A stretch of 64,000 nucleotides of DNA from Paludibacteraceae bacterium (GCA_031292565.1 JARLGW010000011.1:273256-337255); one strand, 5' to 3'. Shown: positions 45,692-55,686, counted from the stretch's first letter. The notes: generated from the sequence alone by a model not told the origin. Made by a program: numbers and translations.

Positions 45692-46876
45692 TTATAGGCT
45701 GTACATTACTTTCCCCAATCGGCGGATGCCTTCTTCAATTTTCTGTTCGTTGGAGCAGGAGAAGTTGAGGCGGCAGGTGTTTACCTCCGTTTTGTTTACG
45801 TAAAACGGGTTGCCGGGTACAAAGGCCACGTTTTCCTTGATGGCTTTGTTGAACAGGGTCATGGCATTTTGCCATTCGGGCAGGGTGAGCCATAGAAACA
45901 TGCCGCCTTTGGGGCGGGTGAACTGTACTTCTTTGGGGAAGTAACGCTCAATGGCGTTTATCATAGCTTCGGCTTGGCTGCCATAGCGTTGGCATATACG
46001 GGCAATATGGTTGTCCACATCATAATCCGATAAATATTGGTGTATCAGCCGTTGGGTAAAGTTGTCCGTGTGCAGGTCGGCAGCCTGTTTGGCAATGATA
46101 AGCCGCTCCATCACATCGTCGGGAGCCACTATCCAACCGAGGCGAAAAGTGGGCACTACCGTTTTGGAAAACGTGCCTAGCAGGATAGTCTGTTCCGGCA
46201 AGTAATGATAGAACGAGTGCTTGCGCTGGCCTTTAAAGCGGATGTCGCCATAGGGGTCGTCTTCTACAAGGAAAATTGGTTTTCCTTCGCACAAGATGGC
46301 CACTTCTTTTCTCGTTTCCTCCGTGTAGCTAATGCCTGATGGATTCTGAAAGTTAGGAATCAAATAGGCTAGCTTGGGTTTATCCATTTGCATGGCCTGT
46401 TGCATTAAATCCACATCAATGCCATCAGGGGTGAGTGGCACCGTGGTGAACCGTGGTTTGAAAATGGAGAATGCTTGAATGGCTCCCAAGTATCCGGGCT
46501 CTTCTATCAACACACTGTCGCCCTCGTTGATAAAGATTTTGCCGAGTAAATCCAAGCCCTGTTGCGACCCGTTGGTAATAAGGATGTTCGTGGGGTTTAC
46601 CTGTAATCCTTTTTGAGCGTAGCGTTCGGCTATCTTTTCGCGCAAGGGCAGGTAGCCTTCGGTGTTGGCATATTGCAGGACGTTGCGGTCGGAGCCGGAT
46701 AACAGAAATTCGGCACATTCTTGTAACTCTTCCAATGGGAATAATTCCTTATTCGGCAGTCCGCCGGCAAATGAAATTACTTCGGGTGACACGGCTACTT
46801 TTAATATTTCACGAATAAACGAACGGGGTACTCCTTCCATACGTTGGGCAAAAAGACATTGTGCAGTTGCATTCAT
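45692..46876 (-). CDS. PLP-dependent aminotransferase, class I/II (MocR-like catalytic domain / 2-aminoadipate-type)
   Basis: The start is at M49 (MNATAQCLFAQRMEGVPRSFIREIL). ..FAGGLPNKELFP.. and ..GTFSKTVVPTFRLGWIVAP.. (PLP lysine) are present. Confidence 0.8.
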   Translation of the reverse strand: MNATAQCLFAQRMEGVPRSFIREILKVAVSPEVISFAGGLPNKELFPLEELQECAEFLLSGSDRNVLQYANTEGYLPLREKIAERYAQKGLQVNPTNILITNGSQQGLDLLGKIFINEGDSVLIEEPGYLGAIQAFSIFKPRFTTVPLTPDGIDVDLMQQAMQMDKPKLAYLIPNFQNPSGISYTEETRKEVAILCEGKPIFLVEDDPYGDIRFKGQRKHSFYHYLPEQTILLGTFSKTVVPTFRLGWIVAPDDVMERLIIAKQAADLHTDNFTQRLIHQYLSDYDVDNHIARICQRYGSQAEAMINAIERYFPKEVQFTRPKGGMFLWLTLPEWQNAMTLFNKAIKENVAFVPGNPFYVNKTEVNTCRLNFSCSNEQKIEEGIRRLGKVMYSL

Positions 46877-46908
46877 AAGCCATTGAGTTTTGTTTGAATA
46901 AAATAAGA

Positions 46909-46939
46909 AACCCCCTTCCGGGTGCACCGAAAGGGGGTT
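46909..46939 (-). terminator. Strong intrinsic terminator / attenuator hairpin between mini-ORF and aminotransferase
   Basis: On the minus strand, AACCCCCTTTCGG-TGCAC-CCGGAAGGGGGTT (13 bp including one G-U) is followed by TTTCTTATTTTATT. The aminotransferase ATG is 30 nt further on. Confidence 0.7.
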
Positions 46940-46970
46940 GTGTATATCTTTAAAATAATTGCAAACAATC

Positions 46971-47036
46971 CTACCTTCGGTGAATCTTAGTGATTCCGAG
47001 CACGATAAGGACGACCGCAATTAATTGTAATTTCAT
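46971..47036 (-). CDS. 21-codon hydrophobic mini-ORF (candidate leader peptide or small membrane peptide)
   Basis: ATG at 47036, TAG at 46973..46971; the product is MKLQLIAVVLIVLGITKIHRR. It is below the ORF-track size cut-off. It is preceded by a -7 box and followed by the terminator. Confidence 0.35.
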   Translation of the reverse strand: MKLQLIAVVLIVLGITKIHRR

Positions 47037-47076
47037 ATTGTTTTCTGTTTTTGTATTTTGTCTTCTAACGACAGAA

Positions 47077-47084
47077 CAAAGATA
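47077..47084 (-). promoter_or_regulatory. Candidate -7 box (TATCTTTG on minus strand) upstream of the mini-ORF
   Basis: CAAAGATA on the plus strand. It is about 40 nt upstream of the ATG at 47036. Confidence 0.45.
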
Positions 47085-47202
47085 GAGCTTTTGTTTTATA
47101 GAGCTTTGATAATAAGCATACTGATTTTATTCCTTATGCTTGAAGTTTTGGTACTTTTAATGGATTGCATGGGGTTGAGTTGAAATGAATGCTTGAAAAG
47201 CT

Positions 47203-48258
47203 TTATTTTTTCAAAAAGAGCTTTTCGGCTTTTCTTCGTATAAACCCGGTCAGCGGTTTTTCTACTATCTTTTGCAGAATAATTGCCGAGAATATGGTTC
47301 CGAGAATAAAAAAGGCTCCGCCTAGCAGCGAATTGTAATAATAAGAAATTCTGTGGGCGTAGAAAAGTGTGATGGGCTGAATCAGGTATAATGAGTAGGA
47401 GGCATCGCCAAGTTTCATTAGCCAGCGTGGAAATAAGTTTAGGTTTCGTTTTTCTAAATACAAAAAAGTCAAAGCCAGCGTAAAGGCAAATGTACCCCAA
47501 ATAAGAAGACGTTGCCATCCGAGCCATGCGGACTCAAGTATTTTGTCATACCAACCTAATTCCTGAAAATACAAAACGCCTATAAATGAACCTACACATA
47601 AAATGGCTGAAATAATAGCATTTCTTTTGCTCAAGAGTTTATCGTAAAATGAATATAATAAAATGCCACTGCAAAACTCCAATACTAAAGGCGAAAAAAT
47701 AAAGTGAGGTAGAACCCATTCTCCATTATATAGTAGTGAAACAGCGATTGTAAGTGAGGCCATCCCTATAATAAGGAATCTTTTAGCTTTCTCTTTGCAC
47801 ACACAAAGTAGGAATGCGAAAGCAAGGTAGAACCACATTTCAAAGCACAACGTCCAGCCGTAGGGGTGTAGGGGCATTACAAAATGACCAAAATCGAGGA
47901 GAGGGAGGAATAGTACCGTGTTGAATATTTGTGCAGTACCTATATGTTGCGCATAGGAGGTGCTTTTAATGATGATGAAGCAGCAGGTTATAATCCAGTA
48001 ATAGGGTACCACACGGGTTATCCGGTGCAGTAAAAAGAGTTTCCAGTTATTGTTTATTTTTGAGGCGGTGAGTGCAATTACAAATCCGCTGATAACGAAA
48101 AAAACATCCACACCTACGGCTCCTGCAGCCGAATGGATAAAATCGGTTTTTGATAATGCGCTATGGTATAGTGCAAATTTAATATGTGCCCACAAAACCA
48201 ATATGGCAGCGACAGCTCTTAAGCACTGCAAACTCTCAAATCTCTTCTTCTCTTCCAT
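47203..48258 (-). CDS. Acyltransferase family 3 (membrane O-acyltransferase)
   Basis: 351 aa with about 10 TM segments. The N-terminal ..LRAVAAILVLWAHI.. motif is typical of the acyltransferase_3 family. Confidence 0.8.
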   Translation of the reverse strand: MEEKKRFESLQCLRAVAAILVLWAHIKFALYHSALSKTDFIHSAAGAVGVDVFFVISGFVIALTASKINNNWKLFLLHRITRVVPYYWIITCCFIIIKSTSYAQHIGTAQIFNTVLFLPLLDFGHFVMPLHPYGWTLCFEMWFYLAFAFLLCVCKEKAKRFLIIGMASLTIAVSLLYNGEWVLPHFIFSPLVLEFCSGILLYSFYDKLLSKRNAIISAILCVGSFIGVLYFQELGWYDKILESAWLGWQRLLIWGTFAFTLALTFLYLEKRNLNLFPRWLMKLGDASYSLYLIQPITLFYAHRISYYYNSLLGGAFFILGTIFSAIILQKIVEKPLTGFIRRKAEKLFLKK

Positions 48259-48274
48259 GTGTGTTAACTGGCTG

Positions 48275-48282
48275 CAAAAGTA
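48275..48282 (-). promoter_or_regulatory. Candidate -7 box (TACTTTTG on minus strand) for the acyltransferase
   Basis: CAAAAGTA on the plus strand. It is 16 nt upstream of the ATG at 48258. Confidence 0.45.
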
Positions 48283-48594
48283 GAATATTTTTCAGGATAA
48301 ATTCAATATGCCGTTAGCTTTTATTGTTAATAGAATATTGGTTTTATATTCATATTTCTTTTTCATGCATTCGTGCACCCAATAGGCACTTTGGTTTTTT
48401 TAATGCTCTTGAATGATAATAAATTAAATCTTTTTTCGTTTGATTTTTTAAATGAAAAACTATCCTTTTGACTAGTTGTGAATGTTCTAATTTCTTTCTA
48501 ATTTTAAAGATTTTTAAAGATTGATATGAATAATATTTTCATCAATAAATATTTTGATCTTTAATCTTGATGCTTAAGTGTTTAAAAATATTCT

Positions 48595-51500
48595 ATGAAA
48601 GAATTCTGTCGCCACTTTATATTGTTTCTATTTCTATCGGCACTAAGTTTTTCGGCAGGTGCTCAGGTGACTTTTAATTATGACACCATACGTATTTGCG
48701 CGGGCGATAGTTACGACCTGCTGAAATATCAGACTAACGAGGTGGTTGTGCCCGTGGGGTGGGAGATAGTGGGTTGGAAAAACATTACGAACACTACCGT
48801 TACACCTACTACATCGCCCACTGTTTATACCTTGCAATACCGGGAAAAAGCCAATCCTTCTGTTATCCTTACGCATGATCTTACCGTTTCATTAAGGCCG
48901 AAACCCACGGTAAGCATTACGCCATCGGGCGCGCAAACCATTTGTGTGGGGCAGTTAATCCATATTAAAAAGGTGAGTGCAGCTAATTACGATAATTTGT
49001 ATTGGATTTATGTACAAAAAAGCGAAAAATACTATACCGATGCTGTAGATGCCATAGCCGTGAGAGGCAATACCGACAATAAAATGACCTACAAACTGAT
49101 TGCCACGAATAATGACTGTGCCGTTGTAGCTCAGGATCAAATAGATTATTCGGTGGTAAAAGATGATGAATATCCAATATATATATACATGCTTAATAGT
49201 AATGTTCATCAGGGTTGGACTTATTCCTACTGCGATTCTACTTATCTTCGCGATTACATGACTCCTATAGGTATTATTGTGCCGACAGGATCCACAGGAG
49301 ATATGTCTTACGACCCTAAATCAAACACTAATTACTACCCAACAGCTTCGGAAGCACTCTATTTGTCGCCAACAAACCAATATCAAAAAAACGAAAACGA
49401 TATGGTTAGAATGCTAAGTTATAAAGTGATATGGGACAAGGAAGACCAATACACGCAAGGAGCAGTTCTTAAAAATGTCAATTATTCAAATAAATATACG
49501 CTTGAAGTAGCATTGTATTTTAAAGCCTGTGGTACTACCAAAATTTACCGCTCGCAAGGACAAATTAATCTTACCTATCATCCATGTGCAAGTCCATCTT
49601 TGTGGATATATTTTGATTGTGATGAGGTTACCGGAAAAGGAGCTTTTGGTTTACAGGGAACGAATGCAAGCTATGTGAAAAGCGTGAAAAGTATAACTTG
49701 GGAAAATATTACGGTGCCTGGAAAATACATACCAACAGGTGATATAAATAATTATCAATACACTTTTTTTGACGAAAATGCCCCTGAAAAAATGCAATAT
49801 AGAGCAACGGTGGCTTATGAAGACAACAATGGGGTTATCCAACAAGCCGTATTTACCTATACTTGGAAAATTTGTTACAAAAAAAAGGTAATAAATTATG
49901 CAAATGCAAGTTTTAGCTATCTGTTCAGCCCCTATTTTAAAGACACATACGAGATTAGAGCGGATGGCTATTTTACTAATCAGTTAAGCGCCAACTATAC
50001 GGGTAAACCCACAGTGGATACGGTGGAAACTACTATTTGTTTAGGCTCTCCAGCCTATTTTGCTTTGGCCAGTAATGTAAATGGAAAACAACATGTGGTG
50101 TGGAATGACCCAGAAAGGCCTGTGTTGGTTACCAAACAAAACCACTCCTTTTATAATTATACCTACAACCAAACTTCAACTGGATACGAAATGCTAGTGG
50201 ATTCAATCCCTTGCTTGGTGTTTAAATTAACACCATCTAAAACCACGGTTTACACCGGCACGCTTGAAGGGCTCGCGTTTGTGTTTAAAGTGAATGTGGT
50301 AAACAACCACATCGCGGCTGTAGATACGGCTATATGCCGGGGGCAAAGCATTGACTTGAAAACGCTGGAAAGGGTGAATAATATTAACGGAACGGTAGCG
50401 TGGAATGTAAACAATACACTGGTTACGCCTACGGTTGATACAAAATACACGGTTTACGGCATTGCTCGCGACAAATGTCCCGATCAGACCGACTATACCA
50501 TCACGGACAATGTTACAGTTCACGTGGACGAGATGCTTTGGAGTACTAATCGAGGAGAGATTGCTTCTTGTGCCGGCGATTGGTTGGACTTGACAGAGGC
50601 TATAAACAGTAATGCTCGCGATTATAAATGGTATGATTCTACCGGAAAACAATTAACAGATGGCACTGTTAAAATAGCAGGTGATACTTATTATACATTG
50701 GAAATGAGCAATGGTTGTGGAACAAAAACCGAAACCATACAGGTAAAAGAAACTCCGGGTTGTTATGATTACAAATTTGCTCAAAACGACACCCTCTCTA
50801 CTGCCATTTGTGCATCGGAAGCTTTAAGGCAAGGAATGCCTTTGATATTTGCCGATTTTTTTGTAACGCCATTGGTTAATGACGGTTCCCCTTGCGATAA
50901 CCCTGTCGTTACTATCATTACAAAACCTACCATACCAGGAACTTCGGCTGTTTGTGGAAACGATAAATTATATTACTCAACCAGTTACGCGAATGTTATT
51001 AAATACAGCGGGCAAAAAGATTCCGTGCAATACGAAGTGCGTTGTCAATTTAAGCGGGATACCGCCTGGGCTTATTTTGAAATAAGGAACGAACAGGTAC
51101 TCAAATTGTCGGGGGTAGAAATAAACGCCGATGGTAGCCAGATAACTATTAAAACAGAGGGTATTACACCAAGCAAAGCAAACCCATTGTTTTTAGGATT
51201 TTATTCCGAGGATGGAAAATCATATTCAAGTTCGGAAACTATGACCGGCGAAACCGAACATACTTTTACACAAACGCCTGCTTTTGCCGATGGAAAATAT
51301 TATATATCTACCTATAATATGTCCACGATGTGTGTTGTTGATGATAGCATTATGCTTAAAAGCGGTAAGATAATACCATATATAATTAGCCTCAATGCCA
51401 TTAACGATAGCCTGAACCTTACCCCCTGTTTGGATTCGGTAGAGGTAAATATTCTTGCCAACGATACATTTAGCTGTGCCGCACCCGTAGTGAAAATTCT

Positions 51501-54500
51501 AAATACTCCTTTTACCAATGCAACCGTAAGCCTTACCGCCGATAATAAAATGGTGTATAAACCAGTGATAGCAGGTAATGTCTCGAAAGCTGGAAAAACA
51601 GATACCATACGCTATTCTTTGGCTTGCGGTTCGGTTGTTGATACCGCGGCGGTGTATTTCAAATATCCAACCTCATACAGCCCGTGGATAGAAGTGAATG
51701 AAAAGTTTAATACCAAGTGCTTTACCCAAGGAGATACGCTTATCCAAGAAATAAACATAAAGAATAATTGTACCACAACACGAACCATAGGGGTGGATTT
51801 TGATTTTTCCAACAGGATAATAGAGAATACAATTATCAAATCCGAAATAGTGTCATCTTCCAATGTCAAGGTAAAAAGTTATCAAAAAGATTCCGTGAAC
51901 CAATATGATTTTTATGAGTTAGAGATGGATCCCAATTCCGAAATCACCCTGAAAGGATATTTTTTAATTACCAAGGTAAAAGGCGGATGGCCTAACCTTA
52001 GTTATTATGGATCAGTTTGGGATGATAATAATTCCCAGTCCTCTTATATTATTGCTGGAGGCCAAACCGATACGTTATACGCTTGTCCCGATAGAAATTT
52101 TACGGTTACCGATTGTGCATCCGCTCAAACCCTTACTTTGTCACAAAAGAAGGCAACAGCGTATCGTATTACCCAATCGTCTCAGCTTCCAGGCACCACC
52201 GTGTCATTATCCAGTACTGGTATTCTTACCTATACCCCGATAGATGTTTCCGCTATTACCCAGGATGAAATAAAATACGAAATGGATATGACTGATGGAA
52301 GCGTGATGAGTGGAACGGTAACGGTAAAAATTTTGCCCTGTATAGATTCCATTAAAACCTCGACAACGCAAAACGACCTGTGCAACGACGATCTTTGTAA
52401 TTATACAGGCCCCTCTATTCTTATCAATGAAGTAATGATAACACCAACTATTGATGATGGAGCAATTTATGGAACAATGTGTGGCTCATCAGCCAATGAT
52501 TTAGGTGGAGAGTGGGTAGAATTATATAACCCTGATAAATGTAAACAGGTGGATATTTCCGGTTATTTTTTTGCGAATGCCACTGCCGATAAAATTGGAA
52601 ATCCATGCACGCTCACCAGTGATCTGGGTGCTGCATTTGTTATCCCTTCCGGCACTGTTGTTCCGCCGATGGGTTTTTGCGTGTTGCGCGGAGAACATGC
52701 CGAAGTGGTAGATTCTGCACGTTTAGTTAAGAATGGAGGCAACACGGTGGTCATTAACTTGGTCGATCATTTCGATCGTTTCTGTATGAATAATAACGGA
52801 GTTCGTTTTTGGCTACCAAATGCCGGAGGTTGGTTTGGGTTCTATAACAAAGCAGGGGTACCCCAGGATGCTATTTACTGGGGAGCCGATACCACGACTA
52901 TTTGTCCCGATTGTTTACCTTGTAACCCACAGGTTGCAGGTAGCTATGCGGGTCAGTTAGTAGCTCTTAAAGATTTTCCCGTGAGTAGAAAAACAAGGAT
53001 AAGTAACATTAGCTTGGATAGTTATGCAGGCTTATCGCCCAAGCGTCAGCCCGATGGCGGAGCCTGGGATTATAATCATCCCACGGCACCAACAATGGGC
53101 TATTGCAATGGTCAATGCAATGTTCGTGTAAATAGTAGTTGTAATGGTACGGCAACTGCTACTCCAAGTGGAGGAAGCGGCAATTTCTCCTATGTGTGGA
53201 ACGACCCCGTGGGTCAAACTACCGCTACCGCTACCGGTTTGTGCGAAGGAACCTATTGCTGCACCATTACCGATAATGACACCAAACTTACGGCACTCAC
53301 GTGTGTAACGGTTACCGATAACTTAATTAAATGCACCAAGGTGGTAACAGTGAATGATACCTCTTCGGTAAAAACATGCGAAGCCTCATCAATAAGAATA
53401 CCGATTCTGAAAAACGATGTATTTTCATGTACACCTACCCTAACAATAGTAAGCCCACCTATCCTATTAGGCTCTACGGCATCTATAATAAACGATTCTC
53501 TGACATATTCATTTGCCAATATTACGGCCACAACTACTGATTCTGTTCGGTACAAAGTAACCTGTAATGGCAGAGCCGATTCGGCATGGGTATATGTTCG
53601 TTTATTAAATGATAAATACAATGACAGTATCAAGAAAATTATTTGTAAAGGCCAACGCTACATGTTTTATGGTGATACGCTTACAACCGGGGGAACCTAT
53701 GAGAAAACGTTGAGTTGCGATAGCACGGTAACTTTAATATTAACGGTAACTCCGGTAAAAGACAGTACCATAACTGCCCGCATTTGTAGCAATGGCACGT
53801 ACAATTTCAATGGTCATCTGTTAAGTGCAACTGGAATATACAGAGACACCCTAAGAACCACGATAGGGTGCGACAGCCTGCGCGAAACACTAACGTTAAC
53901 AGTAACCCCGGTAAAAGACAGCACCATAACCGCCCGCATCTGTAGCAATGGCACATATAATTTTAACGGGCACCAATTAAATACAACAGGAATATATAAA
54001 GATACCCTAAGAACCACGATAGGATGCGATAGCCTGCGCGAAACATTAAACCTTATGGTGAAAGACAGCGTACATGTTACCATAACAGCCGGATTGTGTG
54101 CCAAAGGCAGTTACACCTTTGCCGGGCGAAGGCTCAACACCCCCGGAACTTATAGTCATACCTATCCCTTCACTACTGGTTGCGATAGCGTGGTAACTCT
54201 CATCCTGAAAAAAGAAATGGCTGATACTACTTATATAAATGCAAAAATAAACGAGGGAGAAACTTATTTATTTGCCGGGGAAAACTTAAACTCATCCGGT
54301 ATATATAATTACAAAAAACAAACTGTTGGTGGTTGCGATAGCATTATTATATTAAATTTGTCCGTTGATTATTCATCCGATTCAGCATCTGTAGTTCCTG
54401 CACAAGGTTTTTCACCCAACGGAGATGGTATAAACGATTATTTTGAGATAGCAAACATAGAACAATATCCAAAAAACCACATCCTAATCTTTAATCGTTG

Positions 54501-54669
54501 GGGAAATAAGGTATATGAAGGAAAACCATATATGAATCAATGGGATGGGCGAAGCTATTTTGGATTAAAAGTGGGAGGCGATTTACTCCCCGTGGGTACT
54601 TATTTTTATATACTTGATTTAGGTGATGGCTCAAAAATCAAAAAAGGCTTCGTATATTTAAACCGGTAA
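48595..54669 (+). CDS. Giant T9SS type B sorting domain-containing surface protein with lamin-tail domain, SprB-type repeat and Cys-containing C-terminal modules
   Basis: 2024 aa with a signal peptide. An LTD-like block is present (ILINEVM..GEWVELYNP..DISGYFF). CNGTATATPSGGSGNFSYVWND..GLCEGTYCCTITD is a SprB-type repeat. The C-terminus is QGFSPNGDGINDYFEI..NRWGNKVYEG..GTYFYILDLG..GFVYLNR. Confidence 0.9.
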   Translation: MKEFCRHFILFLFLSALSFSAGAQVTFNYDTIRICAGDSYDLLKYQTNEVVVPVGWEIVGWKNITNTTVTPTTSPTVYTLQYREKANPSVILTHDLTVSLRPKPTVSITPSGAQTICVGQLIHIKKVSAANYDNLYWIYVQKSEKYYTDAVDAIAVRGNTDNKMTYKLIATNNDCAVVAQDQIDYSVVKDDEYPIYIYMLNSNVHQGWTYSYCDSTYLRDYMTPIGIIVPTGSTGDMSYDPKSNTNYYPTASEALYLSPTNQYQKNENDMVRMLSYKVIWDKEDQYTQGAVLKNVNYSNKYTLEVALYFKACGTTKIYRSQGQINLTYHPCASPSLWIYFDCDEVTGKGAFGLQGTNASYVKSVKSITWENITVPGKYIPTGDINNYQYTFFDENAPEKMQYRATVAYEDNNGVIQQAVFTYTWKICYKKKVINYANASFSYLFSPYFKDTYEIRADGYFTNQLSANYTGKPTVDTVETTICLGSPAYFALASNVNGKQHVVWNDPERPVLVTKQNHSFYNYTYNQTSTGYEMLVDSIPCLVFKLTPSKTTVYTGTLEGLAFVFKVNVVNNHIAAVDTAICRGQSIDLKTLERVNNINGTVAWNVNNTLVTPTVDTKYTVYGIARDKCPDQTDYTITDNVTVHVDEMLWSTNRGEIASCAGDWLDLTEAINSNARDYKWYDSTGKQLTDGTVKIAGDTYYTLEMSNGCGTKTETIQVKETPGCYDYKFAQNDTLSTAICASEALRQGMPLIFADFFVTPLVNDGSPCDNPVVTIITKPTIPGTSAVCGNDKLYYSTSYANVIKYSGQKDSVQYEVRCQFKRDTAWAYFEIRNEQVLKLSGVEINADGSQITIKTEGITPSKANPLFLGFYSEDGKSYSSSETMTGETEHTFTQTPAFADGKYYISTYNMSTMCVVDDSIMLKSGKIIPYIISLNAINDSLNLTPCLDSVEVNILANDTFSCAAPVVKILNTPFTNATVSLTADNKMVYKPVIAGNVSKAGKTDTIRYSLACGSVVDTAAVYFKYPTSYSPWIEVNEKFNTKCFTQGDTLIQEINIKNNCTTTRTIGVDFDFSNRIIENTIIKSEIVSSSNVKVKSYQKDSVNQYDFYELEMDPNSEITLKGYFLITKVKGGWPNLSYYGSVWDDNNSQSSYIIAGGQTDTLYACPDRNFTVTDCASAQTLTLSQKKATAYRITQSSQLPGTTVSLSSTGILTYTPIDVSAITQDEIKYEMDMTDGSVMSGTVTVKILPCIDSIKTSTTQNDLCNDDLCNYTGPSILINEVMITPTIDDGAIYGTMCGSSANDLGGEWVELYNPDKCKQVDISGYFFANATADKIGNPCTLTSDLGAAFVIPSGTVVPPMGFCVLRGEHAEVVDSARLVKNGGNTVVINLVDHFDRFCMNNNGVRFWLPNAGGWFGFYNKAGVPQDAIYWGADTTTICPDCLPCNPQVAGSYAGQLVALKDFPVSRKTRISNISLDSYAGLSPKRQPDGGAWDYNHPTAPTMGYCNGQCNVRVNSSCNGTATATPSGGSGNFSYVWNDPVGQTTATATGLCEGTYCCTITDNDTKLTALTCVTVTDNLIKCTKVVTVNDTSSVKTCEASSIRIPILKNDVFSCTPTLTIVSPPILLGSTASIINDSLTYSFANITATTTDSVRYKVTCNGRADSAWVYVRLLNDKYNDSIKKIICKGQRYMFYGDTLTTGGTYEKTLSCDSTVTLILTVTPVKDSTITARICSNGTYNFNGHLLSATGIYRDTLRTTIGCDSLRETLTLTVTPVKDSTITARICSNGTYNFNGHQLNTTGIYKDTLRTTIGCDSLRETLNLMVKDSVHVTITAGLCAKGSYTFAGRRLNTPGTYSHTYPFTTGCDSVVTLILKKEMADTTYINAKINEGETYLFAGENLNSSGIYNYKKQTVGGCDSIIILNLSVDYSSDSASVVPAQGFSPNGDGINDYFEIANIEQYPKNHILIFNRWGNKVYEGKPYMNQWDGRSYFGLKVGGDLLPVGTYFYILDLGDGSKIKKGFVYLNR
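53749..54060 (+). repeat. Two near-identical 156-bp (52-aa) tandem coding repeats, part of a five-module series (~53620..54370)
   Basis: TPVKDSTITARICSNGTYNFNGH.L..TGIY.DTLRTTIGCDSLRETL.L occurs twice. Three diverged modules share the pattern C..G.Y.F.G..L...G.Y.......GCDS. Confidence 0.85.
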
Positions 54670-54680
54670 AAAAACCATTC

Positions 54681-55664
54681 ATGCAAAAATTGCAGAAAAA
54701 AATAATACCGAAACAACAGTATGGCAGAACAAAGAAGATTATCCTGCCATGCATAATATTCCTGCTGACCATCCCTGTGTTTGGTCAGCAAGAAGCCATG
54801 TACACCCATTATATGGACAACACGCTAGGCATTAACCCCGCCTATGCCGGGAGCAGGGATGCCCTATCTATAACGGCACTGCACCGCTCGCAATGGGTAG
54901 GATTCGATGGCGCACCCACCACGCAAACCCTCACCCTGCACAGCCCGGTGTATAACGATGCCGTAAATTTAGGCCTGTCTTTTCTCCACGACCGTATAGG
55001 CCCGGTGAATACCACAGCCATGTTTGTCGATTACGCTTTTAGGCTGAAGCTCGACTCTGAAAGTAAATTAGCCTTCGGGTTGAAATTAGGTTTCAACTAC
55101 TACAGTTTCAATTTAGCCGAATTGAACTTGAGCAATCAAGCCGACGGCATGTTTAATGGAAATCAAACCTCCTTTGCGCCCAACATTGGTTTCGGGATAT
55201 ATTACTCCCGCGATAATTTCTATGCAGGCATCTCCACCCCAAAAATAGTGAACAACAACTACCTGTATTCCCAAACGAGCAGTAGCACAACCCTTTCTAC
55301 CGAGAAAAGGCACTACTACTTGATTCTGGGAGGCTGGATGCCCCTCTATGAAGATATAAAGATAAAACCCACCTCATTTGTAAAAGTAACGCAGGGAGCT
55401 CCTGTTGAGACCGACCTCACCACCGACTTTTTATTTCACGACCGATTTTCACTCGGAGCCATGTATCGTACGGGCGATGCATTGGGAGTACTTCTCGGAT
55501 ACTATGTTACCGAACAATTTAGTGTAGGCTATTCGTTCGACTGGTCATTTGTTAACAACACCGCCAAATACAATGGCGGAAGCCACGAGATAGTACTTAG
55601 GTATGATTTTGTTCCTAAAGATTTAAAACGAATACGTTCACCTAGATATTTTTGCACTTTTTAA
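54681..55664 (+). CDS. PorP/SprF family type IX secretion system membrane protein
   Basis: GQQEAMYTHYMDNTLGINPAYAGSRDALSITALHRSQWVGFDGAPTTQTL.. is the PorP/SprF N-terminal signature. The size fits a beta-barrel. It starts 11 nt after the cargo gene. Confidence 0.9.
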   Translation: MQKLQKKIIPKQQYGRTKKIILPCIIFLLTIPVFGQQEAMYTHYMDNTLGINPAYAGSRDALSITALHRSQWVGFDGAPTTQTLTLHSPVYNDAVNLGLSFLHDRIGPVNTTAMFVDYAFRLKLDSESKLAFGLKLGFNYYSFNLAELNLSNQADGMFNGNQTSFAPNIGFGIYYSRDNFYAGISTPKIVNNNYLYSQTSSSTTLSTEKRHYYLILGGWMPLYEDIKIKPTSFVKVTQGAPVETDLTTDFLFHDRFSLGAMYRTGDALGVLLGYYVTEQFSVGYSFDWSFVNNTAKYNGGSHEIVLRYDFVPKDLKRIRSPRYFCTF

Positions 55665-55686
55665 AAAATATATTATTACCTGTTAA

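Noticed and set aside
47096-47527. A 143-aa minus-strand ORF overlapping the 3' part of the acyltransferase-3 gene in another frame.
   Set aside because: The acyltransferase frame gives a coherent 10-TM protein. The alternative frame is unstructured and extends into the spacer.
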